A DNA stretch of 64,000 nucleotides from Halobacteriovoraceae bacterium. Its GTDB lineage: Bacteria > Bdellovibrionota > Bacteriovoracia > Bacteriovoracales > Bacteriovoracaceae. A program made the position numbers and the translations under genes. This document shows, in pieces, positions 19,939 to 29,369 of this stretch. The stretch spans positions 32,001 to 96,000 of the forward strand of contig CAVRCF010000003.1 of assembly GCA_963719505.1 (NCBI GenBank), given 5' to 3'. Under the pieces are notes generated by a model. The model was given only the letters and a program-made list of their open reading frames with translations, was not told where the DNA came from and made no database searches. Position 1 is the stretch's first letter. Every line of letters begins with the position of its first letter.

Positions 19939-20607
19939 TTAGAAGTTTCTTTTTAGGTAGTCTTTAAAGAAACCTTTAAAATCTATTTTACGTTCTTTGT
20001 TTCGCTGAAAGTATTGAGGATAGTATTTTTTTGTTAGTTCGTTTTCAAAGCCAAACTCATCGTTAAAACCATAAAAAGGTTTATTATTATTTTCTCTGAC
20101 TAAAGCCTCTTGGTAGAAGCTGTATGTCGGAGTAAATTCGCCCCAACCTAAATAACTTGGCAGGTGTCTGTAAACTCTATAGAACTTCCACACTTTGTCC
20201 TTGTCTTGATTCTTTCTCCAAGATCCAAAGTTTCGATCACCAATAAAAATTGTTCCAGGGGGCAGAGGAGTGTCAGTAATTCTTTCATCTTGGTATCGCC
20301 TAAAAATAGAAAGACCAATATTCTTTTGATTTTTATCGTTAAATTGACCAGAGACTCTCGCTATAATTTCTTCATATGATTGAAAGCCATAAACGACTTT
20401 GTATTTGTGATAGTAGGTCTTAATAATAAAACCAGTCGAGTGAATATCCGTGAGGATCACAGAAGCCGGTCCCGCTCCGATAAGCTTAGATAGAGACTCA
20501 GTGTTGTGAACATAATTGACACCGTATTCAGAAGGAGAAAGACTCTTGGATAAACCTAAGTAGACTAAAAGTAAAAGGATGTAGATTACAACATTATTTA
20601 ATTTCAT
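19939..20607 (-). CDS. Hypothetical membrane-anchored protein (DUF350 partner)
   Basis: N-terminal hydrophobic anchor; PPG..FIG..FGSW..WKFY; operonic spacing. Confidence 0.7.
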   Translation of the reverse strand: MKLNNVVIYILLLLVYLGLSKSLSPSEYGVNYVHNTESLSKLIGAGPASVILTDIHSTGFIIKTYYHKYKVVYGFQSYEEIIARVSGQFNDKNQKNIGLSIFRRYQDERITDTPLPPGTIFIGDRNFGSWRKNQDKDKVWKFYRVYRHLPSYLGWGEFTPTYSFYQEALVRENNNKPFYGFNDEFGFENELTKKYYPQYFQRNKERKIDFKGFFKDYLKRNF

Positions 20608-20608
20608 T

Positions 20609-21907
20609 TTAGGATTGAACGATCTTTAGAATATTCTTCTTATGAAGGGAACTGAGATCACCAAATTCACAGTGAATTCTATCGACTGAATGAGAGTGAC
20701 TAAACTTTTCAAACAGAGAAGTTGCCTTGTGAATATCTTGAATAAAAAGTTGTTCTGAAAAAATACCAGATTCTCTCACAACTTTAAGGGGATATTTATT
20801 GGATTCCGTATCCGCACCATTGTAATACTTGGATAGACGTCCACTAGATGAGCATTTAATAAAATCAATCCCTTGTTCTGTGAGATAATTCTCTAACTGA
20901 GACAATTGATCTTTTTGTGAAATGCCAAAGGTTTCAAATATCTTTTGAGGGATATGATTTCTCACTATTTTTTGGGCCCATTCATTTTTTGAATTTCTCA
21001 AGGTTTTCATCAAGCGATGATCGTCGTGTTCAAGGTACTTTTCAATATCTGCTGGTATGGAATATTCCTCTGGAGCGTGAGTAAAATATCGCTTGAGCAT
21101 CTTCTCTAAACATACTGACTTATAGTGGAAGTAGACCATTAAGAACATATGAAAACGACAAAGTAAAAAGTCATCAAAAGTTGCAACGGCCCTTTCACTT
21201 ATTCCAAGAAACGCTTGGTCTTTGATGATAGCGATTCTGAGGTTATCGATGATCCAATCGAGATCAAATTTTCCATAGCTGACACCACAAAAATAGCTAT
21301 CTCTAAGAAGGTAGTCCATTCTGTCGCAGTCCATCTCACTTGAGACGAGCTGATGCATAAGAGGGAAATAGTTAATACCTTGCAAGGTGAAGTACTCAGG
21401 ATTTGTTGTTTCTCCTACAATAAGCTCTGCAATATTTTGGGGATTAACACCAAACTCTTCAATCACACCTGCAAAAGCTTCTGTAAAGGATGAATCAATA
21501 ATAGATTTTATAGTATAGTCTTCATGGGTTGCTTGAGCTTGTGGGTTTCCAATAAAACTTTTTGGAAGGTGAAGCTCCTTGACTGAAGGCATGACAAACT
21601 CTGTTGTGTGACTCAAAGGAGCGTGTCCGATATCGTGAAGAAGACAACCAAGACGAACGGTCTCTTTGAGTTTCGCAAGTTCTGGTGTTTTATCGTGGTC
21701 TCTGAATAATCCATCAAAAACCTTGCTGGCGATATCCATCACTCCAAGAGAGTGAAGATAACGGGTATGTGTGGCTCCAGGGAAAACAAATTCCGAGAAA
21801 CCTAGTTGTTTTATATTTCTTAAGCGCTGAAAGAATGGATGCTCTAAAATTTCTATTTCAGAATCTTGAACTTTAATAGATCCGTGTACTGGGTCTCTTA
21901 CTTCCAC
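20609..21907 (-). CDS. HD-domain phosphohydrolase (SAMHD1/dNTP triphosphohydrolase-like)
   Basis: RDPVHG, FQRLRNIKQLG, HTRYLHSLG, LLHDIGHAPLSH, DCDRMDYLLRD. Confidence 0.9.
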   Translation of the reverse strand: MEVRDPVHGSIKVQDSEIEILEHPFFQRLRNIKQLGFSEFVFPGATHTRYLHSLGVMDIASKVFDGLFRDHDKTPELAKLKETVRLGCLLHDIGHAPLSHTTEFVMPSVKELHLPKSFIGNPQAQATHEDYTIKSIIDSSFTEAFAGVIEEFGVNPQNIAELIVGETTNPEYFTLQGINYFPLMHQLVSSEMDCDRMDYLLRDSYFCGVSYGKFDLDWIIDNLRIAIIKDQAFLGISERAVATFDDFLLCRFHMFLMVYFHYKSVCLEKMLKRYFTHAPEEYSIPADIEKYLEHDDHRLMKTLRNSKNEWAQKIVRNHIPQKIFETFGISQKDQLSQLENYLTEQGIDFIKCSSSGRLSKYYNGADTESNKYPLKVVRESGIFSEQLFIQDIHKATSLFEKFSHSHSVDRIHCEFGDLSSLHKKNILKIVQS

Positions 21908-21910
21908 GGC

Positions 21911-22162
21911 TTAGCCTTTTATCTTTTGAGCGTTTTGTTCTAACCAGGCAACGATATCACTTGATTCAAACATAGGTTTATCATCAATATAGAGGCATGG
22001 TGTCGTTGAGCGACCCGTTGTTTTTTGATGAAACTTTAAAGCGTCTGAGTCTTCATGAATGTTTTTAAAGTCGATATGATCTTTCAAACCGAGAGATTCA
22101 ATCTTTCTTAAAACCATTTGGCAAAAGGGACACTGAGTAAAATAATAAAGTTCTAATTTCAT
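21911..22162 (-). CDS. Glutaredoxin / GST N-terminal domain protein
   Basis: CPFC, TPCLYID, MFESSDI. Confidence 0.85.
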   Translation of the reverse strand: MKLELYYFTQCPFCQMVLRKIESLGLKDHIDFKNIHEDSDALKFHQKTTGRSTTPCLYIDDKPMFESSDIVAWLEQNAQKIKG

Positions 22163-22175
22163 AGGGGTTTTATAC

Positions 22176-22202
22176 AAAAAAAAGTGGCCATCTGGCCACT
22201 TT
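22176..22202 (-). terminator. Intrinsic terminator after the H1-like gene
   Basis: AAAGTGGCCA/TGGCCACTTT stem with minus-strand T run. Confidence 0.7.
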
Positions 22203-22241
22203 AAATCAATTTATGTTGCAGTGTGTAGTTCTTTGTACAAG

Positions 22242-23057
22242 CTAATTTTTATCGATATCAAAACCAACTGGTTTACCGCTATGGGCATACTCAGCATCTT
22301 CATCAAAAATTTCATCTTCGTCTTCAATATCTTCTGGAGAGTCTAATCCCTCGTTGTAGCTCCAACCATAACCAAATGCATTTGATTCAGTTTCATCGTC
22401 TGAGTTGTATTCATCAGAGAGAAGCTTCTCACTATCGTTTGCGATAGGGGCTTGGGCAACAGGATTCTTCTTTGGAACATCAGAAACTGGAGCTTCTAAG
22501 GAGTCCATAGCAATATCGTCATCGTCCAACATATCATCTTGAATCAGATCTATATCTTTTGAAATGACGGGAGCCAGTTTTTCAACTTTTGGCTGCGGTT
22601 TTTCAACTTTTGCTTTTACTTTCTTTACAGCTTTCTCAACCACTTTGGTTGCTTTCTTAGCAACTTTCTTTGCTTTTTTCGTTACTTTCTTAGCCGCTTT
22701 TTTTGCAACTTTTTTCTTTGTGGCTTTCTTAGTAACTTTTTTAGCTACTTTCTTCGTTTTCTTTGCGACTTTCTTCGCTTTCTTAACAGCTTTTTTTACA
22801 ACTTTTTTCTTGGTGGCTTTCTTTGCTACTTTTTTAGCTTTTTTCGCAACCTTCTTGGCAACTTTTTTAACTTTCTTTGCTGTCTTTTTCACTGCTTTTT
22901 TAGCAACTTTTTTCGCCGTCTTTTTCTTCGTCGCTTTCTTTGCTTCTTTTTCAGCAGCTTTTTTAGCAACTTTTTTTGCTGGTTTCTTTGCTATCTTTTT
23001 TGCTGCTTTCTTCGCAGTCTTTTTCGTCGCTTTTTTTGCTGTTTTCTTTTTTGCCAC
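22242..23057 (-). CDS. Histone H1-like Lys/Ala-rich protein with acidic C-terminal tail
   Basis: GTG start with AAGGA RBS; ~150 aa of KKxA repeats followed by a D/E-rich tail. Confidence 0.8.
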   Translation of the reverse strand: MAKKKTAKKATKKTAKKAAKKIAKKPAKKVAKKAAEKEAKKATKKKTAKKVAKKAVKKTAKKVKKVAKKVAKKAKKVAKKATKKKVVKKAVKKAKKVAKKTKKVAKKVTKKATKKKVAKKAAKKVTKKAKKVAKKATKVVEKAVKKVKAKVEKPQPKVEKLAPVISKDIDLIQDDMLDDDDIAMDSLEAPVSDVPKKNPVAQAPIANDSEKLLSDEYNSDDETESNAFGYGWSYNEGLDSPEDIEDEDEIFDEDAEYAHSGKPVGFDIDKN

Positions 23058-23127
23058 TTTAAAATCCTTGTTAGTTAATTTAGACTAAAATTATATATTT
23101 CGTTTACCTAAAGTGTAAATGTTTGTC

Positions 23128-25843
23128 TTAATGTTTCAAGTCCCCAAGATCTAAACCTATACGTTGGAGATTGAGAGGATTAGCGAATTCCTTCTGCCCT
23201 GTCGCTCTTGCGGCACCTAGTGATGCCTCATTGCCCTTCAGAGTGAATGGGGATACCAGCACCGTTGGAGCTTTCTAGGAATGTTGGAGAACTCCCTGAT
23301 TGCAAGGATTTGAGGGTTACAAACTTAGAGGAATAAAAGTTTCGTTTCATATTTTGAGAGTCGGATCTCACAGCATTATTCCATATTCCACTTGCACTTG
23401 CGTCATTTTGCGGGCCAGGTCGATAAGCTGAAAAAATAATATCTTTTGTGTCATCTTTTATTGAGAGCGTCGTGTTGAAAAAATCATTGTCTATATTTGT
23501 CGAAAAATACTTCTTCATCATTCCTACTAGGTAGGAATCTTCTGGGTCAACTCCTGCGGGAACACAGCCGGTTGTATTGGCGAGAACCCCAAGGTCTAGT
23601 GCTCGATTGCCCAGGTAAAAGTAGGCGAACTTTCCTGCAATGCTGGCACAAGTTGGTTTCGCATCATCGCTTTGAGAAGCTGCTTGAGAGCTTAAGTAAC
23701 TCACATCAATATCTGAGATCAGTTTTGCAGCAGCTTCTCCAAGATTTCCTCCAGTTGCAGCAGAGCTATTTTCCAAGTAAATAGAAGAAGCCGCCGAATT
23801 CATCGACTTTATATATTTTTTCACGGCAAGTATCTGTTTACCAAGATAGTCATTTAGGACTCCTTCAACTTCATTGGCATTGCTAAGAAGAGCATTTGGA
23901 CCGTAAAGAGGAGCGTAGAGACTCATATTGTAGTAGCGAGTTCCATTGGGAAGAGACTGTGGATTTTCAGCAGCTCCAACGAGTCCGAATGAATCTAGTC
24001 CTAGGCTGCTATTCATCTCTTCTGGACTTGGAATGAGATAGTTATTGGCATCCCATTTTGTAGGTGCTCTAACGCTAAGAAAAGCATCGCCAATTTGCCC
24101 AACGGAGGGACTCGTTGATGCGAGATTGGCTTTAAACTTCCTAAACATCGCTGCATTATAAAGCCCTGACTTTAATTCCTGGGCAGGATTTGAAGGGTCT
24201 AGAACGGTTATATTTTCGTCGTCAAAGTATCCACCTTCATCCGGAGATCCGTTAGGGTAGTCATAGATTAAATTGGGAACAGCAAAGACTATTTTAGATT
24301 CATCATCAAGCCAACCACCAACGGCTGCGTCTTGAGCTGATTGCCAAAAGGCAGATCCTGTTGGATCAACTGGAAGAGGAGCTCCAGGTGCGTATTGTCC
24401 TGGAGCAAGTGTTTGGCCTTTTCTATCGACAAAGCTTGTCGATTTCATTCCAGTTAAAAAGGCGCTTGAGATTTTTTTTACAGCACCACCGGAGGTGACT
24501 CTTGGCCTAACCGCTGAGCTGTCAGACATATCGAAAAGCATCGGACCCACTCTTCCTCCAAATGGTTTTGCTGCGGCATAGGCTGAAATCATGATGCCAC
24601 CGTCATCATCAAAAGGATTGAACATACCGATGAACTTAGCCTTGCCCTCAACGGCATAATAAGTCAGAACATTTGGGTTTTTGACAAAGCCAAGTGGGTA
24701 GCCTGGAATAGGAAGACCAGTCTTGGTAGAGGCACAGGCTGCTTCAGTATCAATGGTTGAACCTTGAAAAGTGATATCGTCTTTTAAAGAAGTAAAGATC
24801 GTATAAAAAGTTGCAAGGTTTAGGGTCATTAGTTTTAAGTCGACATAGTATTTGTCTTGGAAGGTAGAGCTAGTCTGGGGAATGAGAAGATTAGATGTAG
24901 ACTGTAGACTTTCATCTTTATATGGCTGAGGTGGAAGTTCTCTTAGGGTAAAACTTCTTCTTAGTTCTTCAGATTCATCCCCTTCAGAGCCTCCTAAGTT
25001 TCTCACTCCAGAGAAAAAAGCCTTATTAATTCTCTCTTTCCCGGCCCTTCCTCCATCAATGACATTATTAATGGACTGTGAGCAAAAATCTGAATTGGAA
25101 TCATTTGGTTGAAGACACACTCCATCTAACTCTGGTGGCTCATTCATATGAGCTTCAAGACTTCTCATTCTAAGACCCAGTTCAAAGGCTCTTGGAAAAG
25201 CTCCTGAGGCTTCCGATCCAATCTCTGGAGCAAGTGTCTGCAGAGCATTCTTCTCGCTAGTTTGAACATTGTAAGCCCAAAGAGTAATGGTTAAAAAGTT
25301 GATTTGTGAACGAAGGGCACAGTCTTTATTTTTTTCACTTGTAAGAGTGTCGAGAATTGAGTTGGTTGTTTGATCTAAACTTCCAACGTTTATAGGCTTA
25401 AATCTAGGAAGTCCTGGAATGACATAGTTTTTACAAAGGGCCGTAACTCCCTGACCAGCGAAGTCGATACATCCACTAGGAACATTGTAGCGATCAGAAA
25501 CATTTGCGGCAGAGTTGTTGTAAGTTTGCATATTAAATTTGGTCGTATCCCCAGAAGGGTTTCCAGCGACATCATTAATATTGAGGTTTCCCAAAACATA
25601 ATATTTGAGCATCCACTCTTTATAGACGTTTCTCATTTCAAAATTTAAATGGGAGATATTTGTTAATTGTCTGGCCTGTACACTTGCTCCAGCAAAGGCT
25701 GCAGCATCGACCGCATTTTGAAGGTTAATTTTCACCTTCACAAAAATACCGATATTAATGACAAAAGCCAAAAAGGACATCAGCACAAACAACGTTGTGG
25801 CAAAAAACAAACTGATTTGTCCCTTTTGTTTCTTCGTATCCAT
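23128..25843 (-). CDS. Tad/TadG-like pilin-domain protein (ORF stops at 23228; probable indel, true end likely 23128)
   Basis: KGQISLFF prepilin-like N-terminus with NLQNAVDAAAFAGA; a +1 frame continues 34 codons to TAA at 23128. Confidence 0.8.
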
Positions 25844-25950
25844 TGATCCTAGCTTTACTTAAACGTCTTTGGCCCCGGTAAAAATTTCCCCTGGGCGCGA
25901 TGTGTCACTACTTTGTAGATTTATCATTAGTATAGCTTAGTACTTTAGTA

Positions 25951-25995
25951 TAAGTCACTGATTAATGGAAGGAGTGTTTTGGTATGGAACTTGAA
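25951..25995 (+). promoter_or_regulatory. IHF-like site plus sigma54-like promoter facing a non-coding region
   Basis: TAAGTCACTGATT (1 mismatch to YAANNNNTTGATW) then TGGTAT-GGAAC-TTGAA. Confidence 0.5.
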
Positions 25996-26004
25996 GTATA
26001 GAGG

Positions 26005-26141
26005 GTGTCTCGAAGGGTGCCGATCTTCGAGTGTAGTACGTAAACTGAACTCGGCGTACATTTCTCGTTCACGTCTGTTAAAATTTACTCTTCGTAAATT
26101 CACCCCTGGAGTATGGAGATACTCCAGAGGTCCTTTTTTTT
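26005..26141 (+). ncRNA. Candidate structured small RNA (~135 nt)
   Basis: Four hairpins (26009-26031, 26036-26059, 26082-26100, 26106-26127) and a plus-strand U-tail, between two minus-strand genes. Confidence 0.5.
26103..26141 (+). terminator. Plus-strand intrinsic terminator
   Basis: CTGGAGTAT-GGAG-ATACTCCAG 9-bp stem, then TCC and 8 T. Confidence 0.7.
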
Positions 26142-26142
26142 C

Positions 26143-28032
26143 TTACTTAAACTCTTTAACGAACTGTTCAAATTCTCTTTGGGATAAATCCTGCGAGCTT
26201 ATAGAGAAGCACTTCTTCGTCGCTTCAAATTTATCAAAATCTTGTGAGGTCTTAAAAGACGCTGGCTCAATTTCTTTATCGAAGACAAATTTATTATGCT
26301 GAAACCTTTGATTGTCGTGATTATATAAGCCTCTCACTTTATGGAAAGTGACCTCTCCTTTGGAGACCGTTCCCCTTGGTAGTGGCTTCTCGTAGCTATC
26401 GAGTCTTGCGCAAACCATAAGACCCGTCCTTCTTACCTTAAGTTTACTCAAACCTTTATCAAGCCATTTATAACTTTCGTCCACATGCAAGATATCGTTG
26501 AAGTTTTCCTCAGCGACAAATTTTTGCTTTGAGAGTTTGATCAATTTTTCGATGTACTGATCTTTGTCTTTAAAGGGAACCTTAAAGTTTAGGGGAGACA
26601 TAAGTTGGTTATGAAGCTTTTCATCGTACTTAATACTTGTCTTAATTTTAAACTTTAAAGCTTGCTGTAAGTGAATAAAGTCAGAGGATACGTCAATCTT
26701 TAAATAGGAATTATAAACCTCTGGATAGGAGTAAGAGGTATCCAGGTAAATATCGTAGTCAAGAAAGTAGAGAGCTTCTCCCTCGTGAATGACCTTTTCT
26801 TTGTAAGGTTTGAAAACAAACTTTAACGAACTTTGAGTAGCTTGAACCTCTCTAATATTCGGGGCAATATCACTGATATCAGCCTCACTTGCAATTAAGT
26901 CGTCATAGACTTTTTGAGTCTCTCTATGTTTATGTTCAATAGCGCTTATGTTTTCTTTGTTTGAGTCTTCAACTATTGAATCAAGAAAACTTTGAGGAGC
27001 TAGCTTTGCAGTATCAAACTCCACAGAGACAGCATCGACTGAAAGTAGTGAAGCCGTAAACTCGAATGCACCTTTATTCTTTCGAAGACGTCTTGATCTG
27101 TCGGGCTGATTGATTCCACACTCTATCGTTTCCCTGTCTTTAAAAGCTAATCGACTACTTGGATGATTTGAAAAATCATAGATCCACTGGGATCCATCAA
27201 TTCTGGTAACTCGACAAAGAAGGGCGTAGGGCTGGTGCTCTTTTGAAAGGGAACTGTTTCTTGCTCGCTCTTCACTTGTTCCTACAGGGCCTAGGACTCC
27301 AACTCGATGAAAGTCTATCGTTCCAGTTGGAGGAAAGATCATGATGCCTGAATCCTTTGCAAGTTTTATTTTATATTGATATCCGTGAACATTTGAACTG
27401 ATTTTTACTTTCTCTTTCTTCCCAATACTTTGATGCATCTCTTTGTGGTCAGCGTATAGACTTGGAGAGCTTAAATATTTTAGATGGTAAGAAAAAATTC
27501 TTTTGAAATCTTCTGAAATATTATCTGAGCTGAGAAGACTTTCAGAAACGGCAAACTCCTCAATTTGATCAACACTAAAAAGGAGGTTTTTTTGAAGCTT
27601 AAAAGTGACCTCTACTTTTGAAGAGTCACTAAAGTTATTATTTTTACACATGACTTTTTCAAAACTTAAAATGCCATGATCTATCACTTGGTATTCATGA
27701 TTTTCTAGTAATTTTCCTTTATTCACACCGGGGCTTTCATCGACACATTCAAAATCATTTCCAGATAAAATAAAAGAATAGTTTTGGAGACCGAAGATTT
27801 TATCTTTTGAGTGGGTGGAGAAACCATAATCCAGCGGAAGCCTGATCTCATGGATTCCATGTTCTGGCTTTGAAAGATGATAAGTCGTTTTGATATAGTA
27901 GTGGCCATCTTTTTCTACATAGGTGAAGTCGGGATCATCAATGCTAGAGATGGTTCTTCCTCTAAAAGGAGAGTTAAAGGATGCACACGAAGTAGCGGCA
28001 AAAATTACAAGTAAAAACAATGGTTTAAACAT
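26143..28032 (-). CDS. Hypothetical lipoprotein
   Basis: Lipobox-like ATS-C, GGAGG RBS, 629 aa. Confidence 0.75.
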   Translation of the reverse strand: MFKPLFLLVIFAATSCASFNSPFRGRTISSIDDPDFTYVEKDGHYYIKTTYHLSKPEHGIHEIRLPLDYGFSTHSKDKIFGLQNYSFILSGNDFECVDESPGVNKGKLLENHEYQVIDHGILSFEKVMCKNNNFSDSSKVEVTFKLQKNLLFSVDQIEEFAVSESLLSSDNISEDFKRIFSYHLKYLSSPSLYADHKEMHQSIGKKEKVKISSNVHGYQYKIKLAKDSGIMIFPPTGTIDFHRVGVLGPVGTSEERARNSSLSKEHQPYALLCRVTRIDGSQWIYDFSNHPSSRLAFKDRETIECGINQPDRSRRLRKNKGAFEFTASLLSVDAVSVEFDTAKLAPQSFLDSIVEDSNKENISAIEHKHRETQKVYDDLIASEADISDIAPNIREVQATQSSLKFVFKPYKEKVIHEGEALYFLDYDIYLDTSYSYPEVYNSYLKIDVSSDFIHLQQALKFKIKTSIKYDEKLHNQLMSPLNFKVPFKDKDQYIEKLIKLSKQKFVAEENFNDILHVDESYKWLDKGLSKLKVRRTGLMVCARLDSYEKPLPRGTVSKGEVTFHKVRGLYNHDNQRFQHNKFVFDKEIEPASFKTSQDFDKFEATKKCFSISSQDLSQREFEQFVKEFK

Positions 28033-28056
28033 TTATCCTCCAGATAGTACACCACC

Positions 28057-28083
28057 TTATCGGATGAATTCGCTCAGGCTTTA
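28057..28083 (-). promoter_or_regulatory. sigma28 (FliA)-like promoter
   Basis: Minus strand TAAA-N15-TCCGATAA upstream of the lipoprotein RBS. Confidence 0.65.
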
Positions 28084-28153
28084 GGAGAGATGGCAATATT
28101 TTTCATATTATATGGATGGCCCAGCTTTGCTATACTGTTCTAGGAGGGTTTTG

Positions 28154-28606
28154 ATGCAATTTAAAACAGATATATCGAGCTTAAAAAATAAGAAATTTTT
28201 TAAAGTTAAAAATTCTAAAAACGAATTCTTATGTGCTCTATGTAAAGCACCCAGACAAATGCGCTACTCTAAAAATCTCTCCAAAATGTTTTACTTCCGC
28301 CTTTTTCTCTTCAGTGCTTTCTTAGCTTGGGCCGCTTACGCATTTCTTGGACCTAAAGCGATGTCTGCAATCATAGTCATTTGGCCTATTGCTGAGTTCG
28401 TGAACAAAATCCTCTATAGAAAAGAGATCCCTTGTCCATATTGTGGCTTTGATGCCACTTGGTATCGCCGAGATGTAAAAGTTGCAAAGAAAAAAGTAGA
28501 GTCCTTCTGGTCTGAAAGGCTTCCTGAGCGCCAAGAAAAAGCGCAAATTCAAAAACCCATGGTTGACCCTAAAAAACCACTTCGAAATGAAGAACTTGAG
28601 ATTTAA
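28154..28606 (+). CDS. Hypothetical membrane protein with two CxxC motifs
   Basis: CALC...two TMs...CPYC; AGGAGG RBS before ATG 28154. Confidence 0.75.
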   Translation: MQFKTDISSLKNKKFFKVKNSKNEFLCALCKAPRQMRYSKNLSKMFYFRLFLFSAFLAWAAYAFLGPKAMSAIIVIWPIAEFVNKILYRKEIPCPYCGFDATWYRRDVKVAKKKVESFWSERLPERQEKAQIQKPMVDPKKPLRNEELEI

Positions 28607-28782
28607 CTTCCCCCTGTAGTCTAGTGCATAGTGTCGCTCGTTCGCGATTACGATACCTTACAAACTCCAATTATAATCAGCTTCTTGAATAGTGGCTAGC
28701 AGTTGAAAAGTTTCTAAATGAGGCTTTTATATTGGAATAATTTGTTATAAGTATTAACGATAAACACATGTAAGGAGAGACA

Positions 28783-29247
28783 ATGAGCGTTAACAAAGTC
28801 ATCATTTTAGGTCGTCTAGGACAAGATCCAGAAATTAAGTACACACCATCTGGAGCAGCAGTATGTAATTTTTCATTAGCTACATCTGAGACTTGGAATG
28901 ACAAAAACTCAGGTCAAAAACAAGAAAGAACTGAATGGCACAGAGTTGTTGTTTGGGGAAAACTAGCTGAGCTTTGTAATCAATATCTTGCAAAAGGTAG
29001 ACAAGCATTTGTTGAAGGGAAACTTCAAACAAGATCTTGGGATGATAAAGACGGAAACAAACGATATACAACAGAAATCAATGCAACGACTGTTCAGTTT
29101 ATTGGTGGACAAGCAAGTGCTGGTTCAAGTGATAATTATTCAAACAATAACCAATCGAATAATAATCAATCCAACAACGATGCTCCTTCACAGGATTACA
29201 ATATCTCATCTGATGCAAACTTTGCCTCTGATGATATACCGTTCTAG
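28783..29247 (+). CDS. ssb: Single-stranded DNA-binding protein
   Basis: [22 protein letters not shown]-terminal DDIPF. Confidence 0.97.
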   Translation: MSVNKVIILGRLGQDPEIKYTPSGAAVCNFSLATSETWNDKNSGQKQERTEWHRVVVWGKLAELCNQYLAKGRQAFVEGKLQTRSWDDKDGNKRYTTEINATTVQFIGGQASAGSSDNYSNNNQSNNNQSNNDAPSQDYNISSDANFASDDIPF

Positions 29248-29278
29248 GAAAGAAATAAATCTTATAGAAATACCCGAT

Positions 29279-29304
29279 AAGCCCACTTATAAGTGGGCTT
29301 TTTT
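29279..29304 (+). terminator. Intrinsic terminator after ssb
   Basis: Palindrome AAGCCCACTTATAAGTGGGCTT plus T run. Confidence 0.8.
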
Positions 29305-29369
29305 ATTGGATTTTACCCTATAATGCCACTGATATGCTAAAATGTGATTACTAATTTTAGGGAGAAACT

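Noticed and set aside
22564-23088. 174-aa Phe/Ala-rich plus-strand ORF resembling a membrane protein
   Set aside because: Antisense shadow of the Lys/Ala repeats (AAA/AAG read as TTT/CTT)
25979-26302. 107-aa plus-strand ORF across the sRNA candidate
   Set aside because: TTG start lies inside the predicted promoter, the ORF runs through a terminator and overlaps the lipoprotein gene antisense, and it has no recognisable features; a preceding GGAAGGAG means it cannot be fully excluded
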